A stretch of DNA of 64,000 nucleotides, taken from positions 475,914-539,913 of the forward strand of contig NMRA01000182.1 in the NCBI GenBank assembly GCA_002633005.1, written 5' to 3'. Position numbers and translations under genes: made by a program. This document shows, one piece after another, positions 27,040 through 39,503 of the stretch; position 1 is the stretch's first letter; each line of letters opens with the position of its first letter. Under the pieces are notes generated by a model, which was given only the letters and a program-made list of their open reading frames with translations, made no database searches and was not told the DNA's origin. Source of the stretch: Phoronis australis. Its lineage: Eukaryota > Animalia > Phoronida.

Positions 27040-30000
27040 GTAAGTGAAACCAAGTTTCTGTTTCCGTTTTCTTAATGCCCGGAACGTTTAAATGAAGATA
27101 CTAAAAAAATCTTGATGTCAGTATTAAACTTGAAGAATCAAAACATGGTCGCTGGAAAGTGAATTTTCTTAGAATTGGGGGCAGGTCCTTAATCATGTGA
27201 ATACGATAAACACTGGCACTTTCTTTGAAGATGTGTCATCTTACCAATTCAATTTGTTTTTTTTGCTGTGCTGTCGAGTAAAGACCAGCTTCAGTCCAAG
27301 ACATAAGCTGGTGGAAAAGAAATTCCATATTCTAGCAAAATTTACTTTCTGGTTTAAATTTGAACATTGAAGGTTGCATGTTGGTAAACGCGTGATTGTG
27401 CACTGTTTTTCTCCTTTGCATTTAAACTTTTAGCTTCTTATACCGACTTATTTGCTACCTGTAATTTTTGATAGTGAGCCTCAAAACATATCGAAAAAGT
27501 GCACATTTTAAAATGCCTTGACATTAACACAGTAGTTTGACTGCCAAATACAACGAATGGTTTGGTCCGTGCAAGTTATGGTATATCTCCACTTATTTCG
27601 CACAAAATAAATTAAATATATTTCCTGATAGCTGGGGTGTGCCAAATAGACTGAATATATGTAGTTGACGGGTGTGCAAAATTGACCTATCGCAAGCTCT
27701 GCCCCGTTGCGAAATGTCGGCAAACAAACAATAAGTTTTACCCGGCAAGGTGTTGCTTGTTGGGTAAAATATGGCGACTTGTAAACAAAGGTGTTTCAAG
27801 AATGCTGTGTTCTGGTTGGTCAGTTAAGCCGTCACTCAAAATCTTGGCAATAGGTCAATTAACCAAAAAAGCAAGCATTGCCTACTGCCTGTGTGGGAAT
27901 CTGACAAAACGCGACCTATAGCTTGCCAATGTGATCCAATTAACAGTAATTAAGTTAAGCCTACTTTATCCTGTTCCAACATAAAAGCACTTTACCTTAT
28001 CCTTGGAAAAACAATATTTTGGTCATGTGACTCAAGAGTCACATGACACTCATCCAGGTGAACCCTGTCACCTCATATTTACAAGTGCATGAGATATCTG
28101 ATAGGAATGGATGAATTAAAGATGCATAGTCTCATTGAATTGTGAATATGCAAATGAAGTACAAATTTACAAACAAATCCGTATCCTCCACTGTGCCTGA
28201 AACCATCCGAGAAACAGTTGACATTACAATGTCGCGAAAGTCTCATTTTGCAAGACTGTTTTCATACAAATGAATATGGTAATATTTCATCATGGTGGAC
28301 GAACACCTGATGCCGGCCACTGACCAATGAGGTCTGGCTACTCGGCCGACGCTCCTCACGGTGACCAAGATGAAACCATTCATTCTGTTATTTAATTTGG
28401 CATTATCTTTTACAATAATCAACATCATGCCATTTTGCATCTCTGGTAGTGCAAATTTTAGGTATTTGTACACACTTCTCACCCACATTTCTGAGGACGG
28501 GGAAACCCCGCAGCTTTGTCGTTATCCTACTGAAACTAGGCACAGTTTTTATTATTTGTTTATTTCACTATGAAATAACAATTGCATAATATTTGGAATT
28601 ACTTGGGTTTTTATATGTTCACTCTTGTTTTTAAGTGTATCAGTTGTAGTGATTTCTTTAAAACTGTAATTTATTTACAAATTGTTTCTGTTCCTGATTA
28701 TACTTGTACACACAGTTGCCCAGGAAGTCACTAGGAGGCATTTGCTACAAATTTAGATATTCATAGTTTTAATGAGACATAGCATCTTTAAGGGGTGAAC
28801 ATACAGTGTTCAGATCTTATTAATACTGTCTAAGAGGATTAATAACCACGCTTTGCAAAACTGACAGTGTGAATTAGGTGAGGCAAGAAATATCCACTAG
28901 GTAGCCTTGTAATTTTTGGTGTGCAAAATAAGCTGATTGTACGAAATAAGTTGAGAATTACCGTACTAAAGAGATCACTAGCCTGCTGACAAGTGTTTCA
29001 ACTTCCTGTAAACTGTATCTGAGCTACACCAGAGTTGTTTGAGTAACAACATTACAAGAGAAAAGTTATATCAGTTATTTACATGCCTAAATTTATTGCA
29101 CATGTGCCAGTGTCAAGCAGTTGTTCAATAACAAACTCATCTTTCTATATAGAGTATCTCTCTTTATCAGCACCCTGGACTGTTTTTTGTCCTCAGATAC
29201 ATCTTTATAACGTACAAAAAGCAAAATTAATGCCAATACCTAACATATTTGGTTACAGAGTGTAGATCAGTTTTAAGTTTGTATCAAATTATAAAAAGTT
29301 TAACACGCTTTAACCTAGAGTTCTCGAGTTTCATATTGTGACACCTGGTAGTGAAAATTTTCAATACACCCCATACATGTATCTATGCATTTTTGTATTA
29401 AAACTCTCAACTAATAAACCTTGGGAACTCTTTGTCCTGTCCAAAAAGTAAGTCCAAAAAGTTAGTTTTAACTGACACTAAATGCGTGTTGACAAACTTT
29501 CTTGTACAATATTAACAGTTGATGGGTGGTGTTGGTCCGTATTCCAAAATTTTGCGAACATAAGAATTTTATCAGTTGTTTATCATGTGGACAGGCAAAA
29601 CACATTTTACTAAGATACTGCATTCAATGCAACTTTTTGAAAGCGCTGACTTCACATAATAGCATATTCGTGTGGACAGAAAAGGTTTGATGTGGCAAAG
29701 AAAAAATTGCGTCTTCAAAATGAAGGCAGAGTCAGGAGAATAGTGAAGGCCATTGACTAAATATGACAGCGGATCGTAATAAGACTGTACTTGTAAAGGG
29801 CTGGTCGGTAGCCAGCAGTGGGATGTAAGAATTTGCATTGAAGTCAACACTGCAGTTAGTTGTGTAGCTGTACATCAAAACACTGCTAGGAATCGAAGTT
29901 GGCAATTGAAGCAAAGTTCCCTTATACTCGATTCGTGGTCCTCGCACAACAAAATCAAAATCAAACTGTAGCACAGTGTGCGCAAGGTTTTACAAGTTTG

Positions 30001-33000
30001 ATATGCAAATGATATTTTCCATGTCCGTTACAGCCGTAAAAGAAACACAAACTGATACTAAAAAACATTTTTTTAGTTATCTCACTCCTGCTTTTGTGAC
30101 AGAAAAGTCAGATTTCGATTTCAAAACTTAACGTTCATGTCACATGCATGTGCAATTTGCTTGCTGTCTTTGTTTGATGAAGTGACATCTTTCGGGACAA
30201 GCCAGCAACTTTACTGGAGCAAAATTTGCTTAGAATTTTGTGTCGCTGATAAAATATTCAAAACTTCTAGCGAAGTGCAACCACTTCAGGTACTTTGTTG
30301 CAGACTTGTGAAAAAACGAATGGTGGATTGATGAATCTGCGAAAAGTGAAATTGTCCGTCAGATAGGTCCCCATTTCGTGGCACTCAAGGTTGATGCATA
30401 TGATTGCTTATTGGGGTTTTCCATAGATAAGCCCACCTGATGAAATGCCCATGAGTGTTTATTCGGTGCTACAACTTCTGGTGTGAAGTTTCCAGATAGT
30501 GGGAATGTTTGTTTGGGAAATGTCTTCTTAAAAATCCACTCAGCGTCAACTTTTAGCCGCAAATTCAGTTTTGTGGATCAATTTTCATTTATAAAAACGA
30601 ACAAGGTATTGGCAAAAAAATTGCTGATATTTTCGTGTCAGCCGAGGTTGTGACTTTCTGTTTACACGCTCTCCTTTTCTGAATAAATGCGCGGGTGTTT
30701 ATTTGGTGTTATTGAAATGCCTGAAAATTTTAATTTTCCGTATACACACTCATAGGCTTATTTACGGAAAAACACCCGGTAACACATTTAAAGGCAGAAT
30801 AACGGACTGGACTATCGGCATTGTTTTCATGCTAGTAACCAAAGCTTACTCAAACAAGATTGTAGTTGTTTATATTTACTGTGTCAGATACAAAGTTGTG
30901 CATTAACGGTAGTATACAGCTTAGTACCAAAGCCATATTGTTCTGCCTAGTGTAAGATCAGTGTGTCTCGTATGAGTGTTGCTTTTCTTCCACGTGCCTG
31001 TTCATCACGTGAGTAATTTAGAATACATGGGATTGCCACATTTACTGTCAAACATATTCTCAATTACTACCATAACATTCTTTAACTGGGTTTCGACAGC
31101 CTAATTGAGTCATTTTCGTAAGTGAACACACGAGGCAATCCCTGTCAAGAATTGGTCAGTTTTACCTCTGCTAGTAAGCGTGACGACCACTTACTAATAA
31201 TTGAAATAATATCTTGTCATCCTCTGCTTGCCAATGCATGCCTAGTCTAAACAGGATATCTAATTATTTTTAAGTCTAATGCCTACCAGGTTCTAAGGGA
31301 CACTGTAATATTAATCTTAATAGTCTCGATAAACGGCTATTAACATTTTCACCAGTGGGGGCTAATCAGGTGGGCTAATTGTTGGTGTTTACCTTAACTA
31401 GGCAATAACCTGGAGGTGACACCTGAAGTGGGAGGGTGATTGGGCAATTATCCACCTGCACAGTTACTCATGACTCCTTGAAACTGACAAGATTGTCGCC
31501 TGTCGTGCTGTGACCATTGGAGGAGGGAGATTCATCCTTTTTGATCAGTTAGTCATGGTTTGAAGTGATCACTTGACCATCGAGCCTGGTCAGTGTATTT
31601 ATAATGACCCTGTTTTTCTGGAATGACAGAATCTGAAATCGTATGGCCTGTCCGTGGGCAGCACTATCTATTGCAGTGAACAAAACAGGATATTTGTGTT
31701 GTCAGTCATCTGAGAAATTTCTGGTCATGCAGACATGGGAATTCCAAGAAAATCATCGGCTCAAGCAAAGTTATTCGTGTGGAAATAGTGCTCATTGCAT
31801 GCTTTCTCCTCTCAAAAAGTAAATTTTGAGTGTAGACTACTAATTCCAATAACAGTTTTGAGGTGCCCTTGTCTTGTTCTCAGAACTGGAGGAGTTATCA
31901 TCATTTAGAATATAATCACCATTTGTGCTGTCTTTTATATAAACTTCTACTGTTACTATCCAAGAACATTTTTGCACAGTGACTGTACAACTTGTTTGCT
32001 AACAGTGAGACTGACTAATCAACTGAGCACCTGTTTTCCACTGCAAACTGCTTTCCCATGTATTTCATCAAAAAAGTACACAAGATTAACTCCACAAACG
32101 GCCATGTCCCCAAGGGATTGATGAATACCGGAAAGTTTTGTTGCCGTTATTGTCAGATAATAACACTACTTAGTGCAGTACAGGGCCAGTGATTTTATGC
32201 TACAGATAACGGTCGAAATTTAATTGAATGAACAAACCATTAATAATTTTCCCCGGTATTAATTCAGCGAAATTTAGTGGAACTGCCTATGTAATAACTT
32301 TCCTAGAAGAAATTAGTTTGAAAAATACACAGTGTTATTTCTACCAATGTCCATATGGCACTATTCATTTTGCATTCTCAGATACAATGCAAAATGGACA
32401 AATGTATTTTAAGTATTACCATGGATGCCATCCAAGGTGCATGTCTTCCTTTAATTCGTATTGCCACCAACAAGTGTCACTAGATGTCATTGGGAGGTAA
32501 CATGAGTGACTGATGCCTTTCCTGTGCTATCAATGACGATTACATTATTGAAAAATTTTTCTTGACCGCCTTTCGTAGGCTCATCTGTTCATGTTGGTTT
32601 CCTCAGTAGTCGTGATCATCAACGCCCACTTTGCATGAACCATAAGTACAACAGATGAGCTCAGACAGCTGCCCTGTATGATTTACTGCCCCTTGCGACT
32701 ATTGTACAATTAGTGCTAGTAATAACTGGCGTTAATTGTATTAAAAATGAGGAAGAGAAATGCAGGCATGCAGAGGGGTCGACATTTCCTTTACCACGCA
32801 AGTGGGCTAAATTTTTCAAAAACAATTTTGCTATTTTAAGGTGGAAATTTTGTCTTCGTGGTTATAGTACACGTGAACACTAGAGCCCGAATGGCAATTA
32901 TTGTTGCAAGGTTTGGCATTAATTCCACGAATTAAATGCTTTGATAATTGTAGAGCACATAGGCGAACATTTCCTTAAACCTCTGAAGTGGTTTGGGAAC

Positions 33001-35998
33001 TGAAAATCTTATTATTTGAAGGTGGCAAGTAAAGTTCTTTATACTTGCCTCAGTGCTCTGTCTTGCAACCTGTGCTTGTGTCTGGTGTTAAAAATGCAAT
33101 AGAAAAAGCCTGGCTTTTGCAGAGACGAGCACTTCCTTTGCTGTTTGAGTGGGTTGGAAAATTGACAGTAGCATTACTGGGGGTGGATTATGCAAGTGCA
33201 ACTTATTCATACCCTGTCACATGACTTATTAATGATTAGTTATTTGAAACGAAATGTTATCTTGCTACACATAATCAAAATTTTACCACTTGTTTAGCGA
33301 TGTGGGTCAAATTTCTCAAGATATGATAGCATCATAAACTCTTTCGCATCTGTTATTACCATGGTTTGTTGGGTTTCAAAAACTGATACAAGATCATTTA
33401 GGTAGTAACAGAGTCCTTTCACATTGTTTCTCACATGAGGCCAAATCACACAAACTGTAAAGGTATGAGTGTGTGATATATGCAAACCATGGGGCATCGC
33501 AAGAGTGGAAGGTGTGACTATTACTGTAAAGACCGTTCTTGTATCAAACAAAGTGTTTGTAACTGTGCATCTTGAGTATTATTATTTTGTTAGGAACTGT
33601 ACTTGGGCCTATGGCCTTGAATATTTGAAATAAATGAAAGTTAGTCAAAAATTTAAGTCTGAATAAAGCTGATAATTATAGTTATTTGTAACTTAGTTAA
33701 TTGTCAACCTTCATGAATATTCCTTAAGTAGCGCAATTATTATGAGAAGTTATTACTAATTTTCGTAACTGCTCTTGGCAATTTATAATATTAAAAAATG
33801 CTTTCATGTGCCAAGTGTGCAAATTATTGGAGATGACTTCAAGTACTTGGGAAATCTTGACTGACTATTTTCAGGCCTTTGATTTTTTATGCTTTTGGCA
33901 GTTAACAACATCTAAACATCTAGTTTTCTATAACTTTGGGTAGACTTGCAAAACAGTTGCACACTTAAAGTTGCACACTTATTTTATAACCTATGGCTAA
34001 GGGATAATGTATCCTATTTTTTATATACAGTCAAATCTCAGCTATATACTTTTAAAAGAAGATTGTTGGTATTTTCGTTGTTTGCCAGAAAACCGAACCT
34101 TTTTTACAAATTGTAACATTGACCAAGAGTCCGAGTTATTTTGCACTCCTTCAATTCACCCACGACATCAATGAAATGAGTTCAAGACTAGTTACACATA
34201 ATAACATGTATTACACCTTCATGGTAGTGTTATTGTTATTGTCATTGTTCTTTTCTTGGATTCATTGGAGAAGTGTCATTGCCCACTCAGGTTTACATCA
34301 CGTGCAGGTACAAACCAGTTCACACGCAATATTTATTTCCAAGAACAATAACTTCTTCAGCCACGTCCACTGGGTTTAATGAGCGCGTGCATATTTTATT
34401 TCATACATGAAGAAACGTTGTAGGGGCACGTGATTTGAAGGCAGGGCCGAGCCGACTTTTGTGTCGGGGGCCCTGTGCTGTAGTTTAGATGAAGATGCAC
34501 AAAACAAAAATCCACACACATTTCCAGGTTGATGTCTTCACCCAAACACACATCAAAATGGTGCTCACCCACTGAATAGTCGGGGGACGGGAGCAATTGA
34601 TGGTAACCACCATTCATAAAAAATGGATCCTTTCCTCTCAGGTGAACAAGAGCCCTGGTACTGCACTTTTTATAATTTATGGTGTTGTGGGGAAACAAGG
34701 AAACTAAACAGGACAAGATGATTAACTGGATAATGACCTCCGTGGGCTATACACAAAGAAACTGTTGTGGTGGATACAGACTCAGCGTGGGGTGTGGGGG
34801 CGTATGAGTGAAGGAGCAGGTGGTCAGGGAAAGTTGTCTCCAGACAAAAATTAACCAAATAATGTTAGCCAAAAAGACGTCCTTGTGGCGATTGTTTAAG
34901 AAAACTTGTAAGTCATATTTTTAAGCTGTTTCTTTTCTACAATAGAAGGTTAGCAAATGCTGAAGTCACTTTCTATTGAGAATATCAGAACAAGTATTCA
35001 AATAGCATTTTATTTTGAATGTACGCATTATATGGACGAGAAGCTCTAACCGATCATTCCCAGAATCTACGTAATTGCTTTGTACTTTTTCTTGGTTTTC
35101 ATCTTTTCCTGAAAATTTCATCAATAATATCCATTCATAACTTTTTGAGGTTAACTGATGTATGAGTGGCACATTTGTGAGCAAGAAACATGTTAGCTAC
35201 AATGTCCATGTAAACCTAGTTGCTTAATTGATGTCGGATATTCTTAAGCAAAAATGATGAAGCATACTCAGAGCAATTATTTGTGTTTCCATGAACGCAA
35301 AAATCATAACAAAGGAAGGAGACTTTTTTGCTCTGCTTCTTTTACGAGTATTCTGTTTGAGAAATTGTATGTCAAACGATGCGATAAGCACTTAAACATG
35401 CGCTAGTGTTACAGTATTTATTCTCTTATTTAGCTCACAATATGGCCGACAAGTGAAATTCTAGTTTGTCAAAAGTGAAGATTACGAAAGTTTTAGTCTA
35501 TAGTACACACACAGATATACCATAATACAGCTTGCTATAGTACAACTCGCCCCACTGTAAGTGAAGCGTCCACACACACACACACACTCACATATCCCAT
35601 AACTAGTTCAAGGCGGAAGTTATCGCTCTGTGCATGACAATGAACAACTGATGTGAATACGGCGCGAAAAAGAAGACCTGTCTGTATGTAACCGAATATA
35701 ATTACTTCTGTCTTGCTCATGCTTTGGACCACACAGTGATTAGAAATGGAGCAAGTTACCGTAGAACAAGTTACACTACCTCGATAAGGCGGAGTAAGTT
35801 GCCAGATGTGGGGCATGTTGTGCTCAGTGTTGTAGCGGTAAAATTTGAGGTAAGAAGGCGCCCAAACCCACCGTATCACCTTGAGCACTGAACGTATCTT
35901 ACGGTGCGTAGGCGCTACATTCAAATGCCAAAAGGTGGTTGGCTGCGCCTACGTGCGCCTATGCCCCACTACAGCACGGGTTGTGCTAGTTTAAGTAC

Positions 35999-37491
35999 TA
36001 TGAAGAGCCAAAAGATTTTTAAACGAGTACATTTCTGTGTGTTGAAATGTGCTTAATTAACGCGCAGTTTTATTTAATCAACGCATACTTTTAGCTCTTG
36101 AATGATCATCATTCTGCTCTTATTCAACGCACACTTTTTTTAATACGTAGTTTTACTTAATCAACGCGTATTTTTAATCAGTTCATATAGGCCAATCTCA
36201 AAATAGTGTACTCTGGATTGCGAATAGCTGTAGAGACAGCAATAATAGTATGGATTGGAAATTTCACAATTTTTAATAATAGTAGAGACTAATAATAGTA
36301 TAGACCCAACATTTTTGCCACTAGAAAAGTAGAATAATAGTATAGACCGGAAATTGGCGGAAAAATTAATAATAGTATAGAATGGAATAATGGTATAGAC
36401 GGCAAATTTGTGGAAATTTAAACATAGTATAGACTGAAATAATAATATTGATTACAAATTTAGGCAATTTAAACATAGTATAGACTGAAATAATAATATT
36501 GATTACAAATTTAGGCAAAATCTAATAGTGATATAGAAGAGAATAATAGTGCAAAACGGCAAATTCTAGGGAATAATGGTATAGATGGGAAATTTGTGGA
36601 AAATTAAAAACTAGTATAGACTGGAATAATAACATTGATTCCAAATTTGCTTAAAATCTAATAACGGTAGATGGAAATAATAGGAAGTGCAAAATCTACT
36701 AATGATATAAATGGGAATAATAGAGCAAAGAAGCAAATTCTGTCTGACTTACCACCGCTTTAAGTAATTGTTTCAAAGAAAAACCTTTAACTGAACATTA
36801 GCATAGTTAAATTATTGCAGTGGTGTATCCACACATGCCATAACATAGTACAGTGAAGTGGAATAAAGTGTCATTGCTAAAACAAAGACCATCCGATTAT
36901 TCAATAACTTTAAATGGAAGTCTATACAGACGTGTTTCAAACAGTATGCGTTATCATTTTACTCAAAAAAGAATGTGACATTCATACTAGAGATGCCAGT
37001 GTCGACTAAGTCCAAACACTATAACACGCAGTTAAAGATTTCAGCAGTAACGTCCAGTCTTCCACAAAGCCGACAGTCTGAATAAAGACAAAAAGGGTCT
37101 TGGTTGCAGATTCTTACCAAATGACAACGTAAATGTAAACTTGTTTTTGAGTGGACATAACGGATAACTAATTCAGGGTGTTGATTATTAAAGTAAAACG
37201 CCACGTTAATTAAGCAAAAATGTGCAGGAATAAGAGCAGAACGATGATCGTTTAAGAACTGAAAGTTCACGTTGAATAAGAAAAACTACGCATTGATTGA
37301 GTAAAACTACATGTTGATTACGGTAAGCAAAAGTACAGGTTGAGTAAGAGCAAAACAATGATCGTTTAAGAACTAAAAGTTCACGTTAAATAAGCAAAAC
37401 TATGCGCTGATTAAGTAAAACTGTGCGTTGATTGAGCACATTTCACTGCACGCAGAAAGGTATTCATTTAAGAACCCCTTGGCACTTCATA
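35999..37491. mobile_element. About 1.5-kb non-autonomous DNA element with long TIRs (TATGAAG...CTTCATA) and internal repeats
   Basis: tatgaagagcc...gaaatgtgcttaattaacgcgcagttttatttaatcaacgcata matches the reverse complement of 37401-37491 over at least 90 bp. Subterminal aatcaacgc-type repeats occur on both arms. Confidence 0.75.
36240..36740 (+). repeat. Degenerate minisatellite built on AATAATAGTATAGA
   Basis: Many aataatagtataga-like units alternating with aaatt spacers; an exact duplication of about 52 bp at 36416-36519. Confidence 0.85.
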
Positions 37492-37810
37492 AAGTATCGT
37501 CCAGACAATCCTCGACTCCAGCGACAATTCATTCCAGGAGTAACTTGTTCTAGGGTGAGTCCAAGCTTGGGATTCTGGTGTCTTAGTGGCTATAGCAATG
37601 CAGCATGTAATACAAACGAACCTTACTGTTCAAACATAACTCATTTTCTTGTTGACTAGACTAGTCACTAGTGATCAGAATATAGGCATCCTGGCCATGA
37701 CTTCCACTCATAACAATGTGGATGGTGCAAGGCACTCAAATGTGCTAAAATAAAGATGTCTTCATGGCAGCAGGGTTATGCAAGTTTTGTGTGGAGACGG
37801 GCACAAAAGC

Positions 37811-38250
37811 TTAATTATTACACGATCACTAATATTTCTGCCCTCTGATTGGCTGAAACGTGGTATGACAACTTCCGATATAGTGTAACATTCACCAAGT
37901 TAGGGTGGAATATTACTTTTCATTTATGCCACCCAGATGTCAAATGTCGCTGTTCGTGACTTGACCAATCAGACGCTGGTATAAACCATGGAGTTTGACC
38001 ATGAAGGAAGCAGACGATGGTAGTACATCAATGCAGATAACAACATGTATGTAACAAGAAAACTAAAAACTAAGGCAGTAAGCATCATGGATCATGTAAT
38101 AAAACTGATGTAAGACCAACACTTCGGTGTATCTGATCATAATATGATATCGATCTCGGGATAGCAACATTGCCCTCAGCCATTGATTGCCCTTGGGCAG
38201 AGTCACCTTGATGTCATTTTTATGATTGGTACATATTTGTGTAACATTAA
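37811..38250. mobile_element. Degraded non-autonomous element, possibly Crypton-type
   Basis: Termini ttaattattacac / gtgtaacattaa, inverted ctgattggc...gaccaatcag pair, and subterminal ttgccctcagcc...cttgggca hairpin. The family call is from remembered architecture, not an alignment. Confidence 0.4.
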
Positions 38251-38893
38251 TTAGCCAAAATTCAATAAGGATGGGTTCTTCTTTGCTTAATTAATTGTAC
38301 AAGTAAAGATTATTAAAGCTCAATGAATTTAGTGTCAAGAAGGCGGAGAATAGGGGCCAATTTGAGTGAGTTTGCATAAAACTGGTCAACACACACCTCT
38401 GTCGTTTGTTCATTGAGTTTTATCTGCAGGAAGGGCGGCTGCCAAATTATTCCACAACAAATAAACAATTAATTTTGGATACTTTTACACTTTATTGAGC
38501 TTAATTTGAGGAGACCACCCACGACAGACTTGTTTTGTCTTATTGTGCATGCTTTTATTTTATGTTTTGTTGGTAGCCGATGTCTTCCCATTTCCTGTGT
38601 TCAACTGATTCACTCAGTTTAATGAGTTTTTTGACCTGATTGTTGTCTTTGGGATGGGATTAGGTAGAAACAAACGCGTGTTTAGAACACAACAACCTTT
38701 TTAAACTTTGCTTAAGATATTCATATTTAACATGAGGTGATAATAGAACAATAATGTCATGAAATAATCCGCACATTGTCATGATTTATTGTCACATTCC
38801 TGGATATTGTCATTAAAAAGTCAGCAAAATTGATTCTCATTTGATCATTGGCACGTGTCCGTTTGCTGTTCCATGTAATAACCATCCTTTTTG

Positions 38894-39503
38894 TATATAA
38901 AAGCCATCCCAATTCATCTTCAGTTCAACTCAATTACCTTATCAGAACTCATCATCGGGAGTTTAGCTGTCTTATTCTGATACTCCCCACTTACCGTGAA
39001 AAGCTTGTAAGGGTTGTTGCAATTGCTGCCAAGTGTGAACCCACTTAACGTAATATCCCGCTTATTATAATTTTCGTTGAAACCGAGGGTATGATATTAA
39101 GTGGGCACTACTATAACAATGAAAGCGCTCTGACTCTGACGGAGTGACATTTGGCCAAATCGACTGAAAAAGAGTACACCATAGTTGAGAATGCCCACTA
39201 CTCCAACGATGATGTTCAGGATAACCTTGAAGGACATGTCTTCTATGACGAATATGGCAACAACACCGACAAAGGTGCCAAAAATATCAACAAAGACAGC
39301 AACATGACCTTCAACACTGATGACAACATTGATGCTCCGACAACAATCGCAAACCCAAAAATATTGACTTTGACATGAATCCACTCTCAAAACTAACAAT
39401 ACAAAAAACACCAACAACGGCAGTGCTGCTGATGACGATCGCGTCACAAGACACTCATGACACTGACAAGGCCAAGAACGATAATTTAGACGACGATCTA
39501 TGA
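38894..39503 (+). pseudogene. Possible decayed gene for an Asn/Asp-rich protein
   Basis: TATATAAAAG at 38894 and TCAGTT at 38920, then a frame broken by stops at 39046 and 39145 and later frameshifts, reading ...FSCLILIL...VVAIAAKCEP*...GHYYNNE...*...AHYSNDDVQDNLEGHVFYDEYGNNTDK...DDNID/...DTHDTDKAKNDNLDDDL*. GAC/AAC codon bias and A/C richness contrast with the flanks. Confidence 0.35.

Larger units (their letters stand above)
35515..37556. mobile_element. Second copy of the 43.2-kb MITE family, split by nested insertions (left part 35515-35803, right end 37500-37556)
   Basis: Left part aligns to 43210-43485 (aaggcggaagtt, acggcgcg, tatgtaaccg, gcaagttacc.tagaacaagtta, acctcgataa). The family's right end ccaggagtaacttgttctagggt reappears at 37534-37556. 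Confidence 0.7.

Noticed and set aside
36240-36740. Repeat-spacer pattern superficially like a CRISPR array
   Set aside because: Eukaryotic intron, degenerate repeats, spacers similar to each other, no cas genes.
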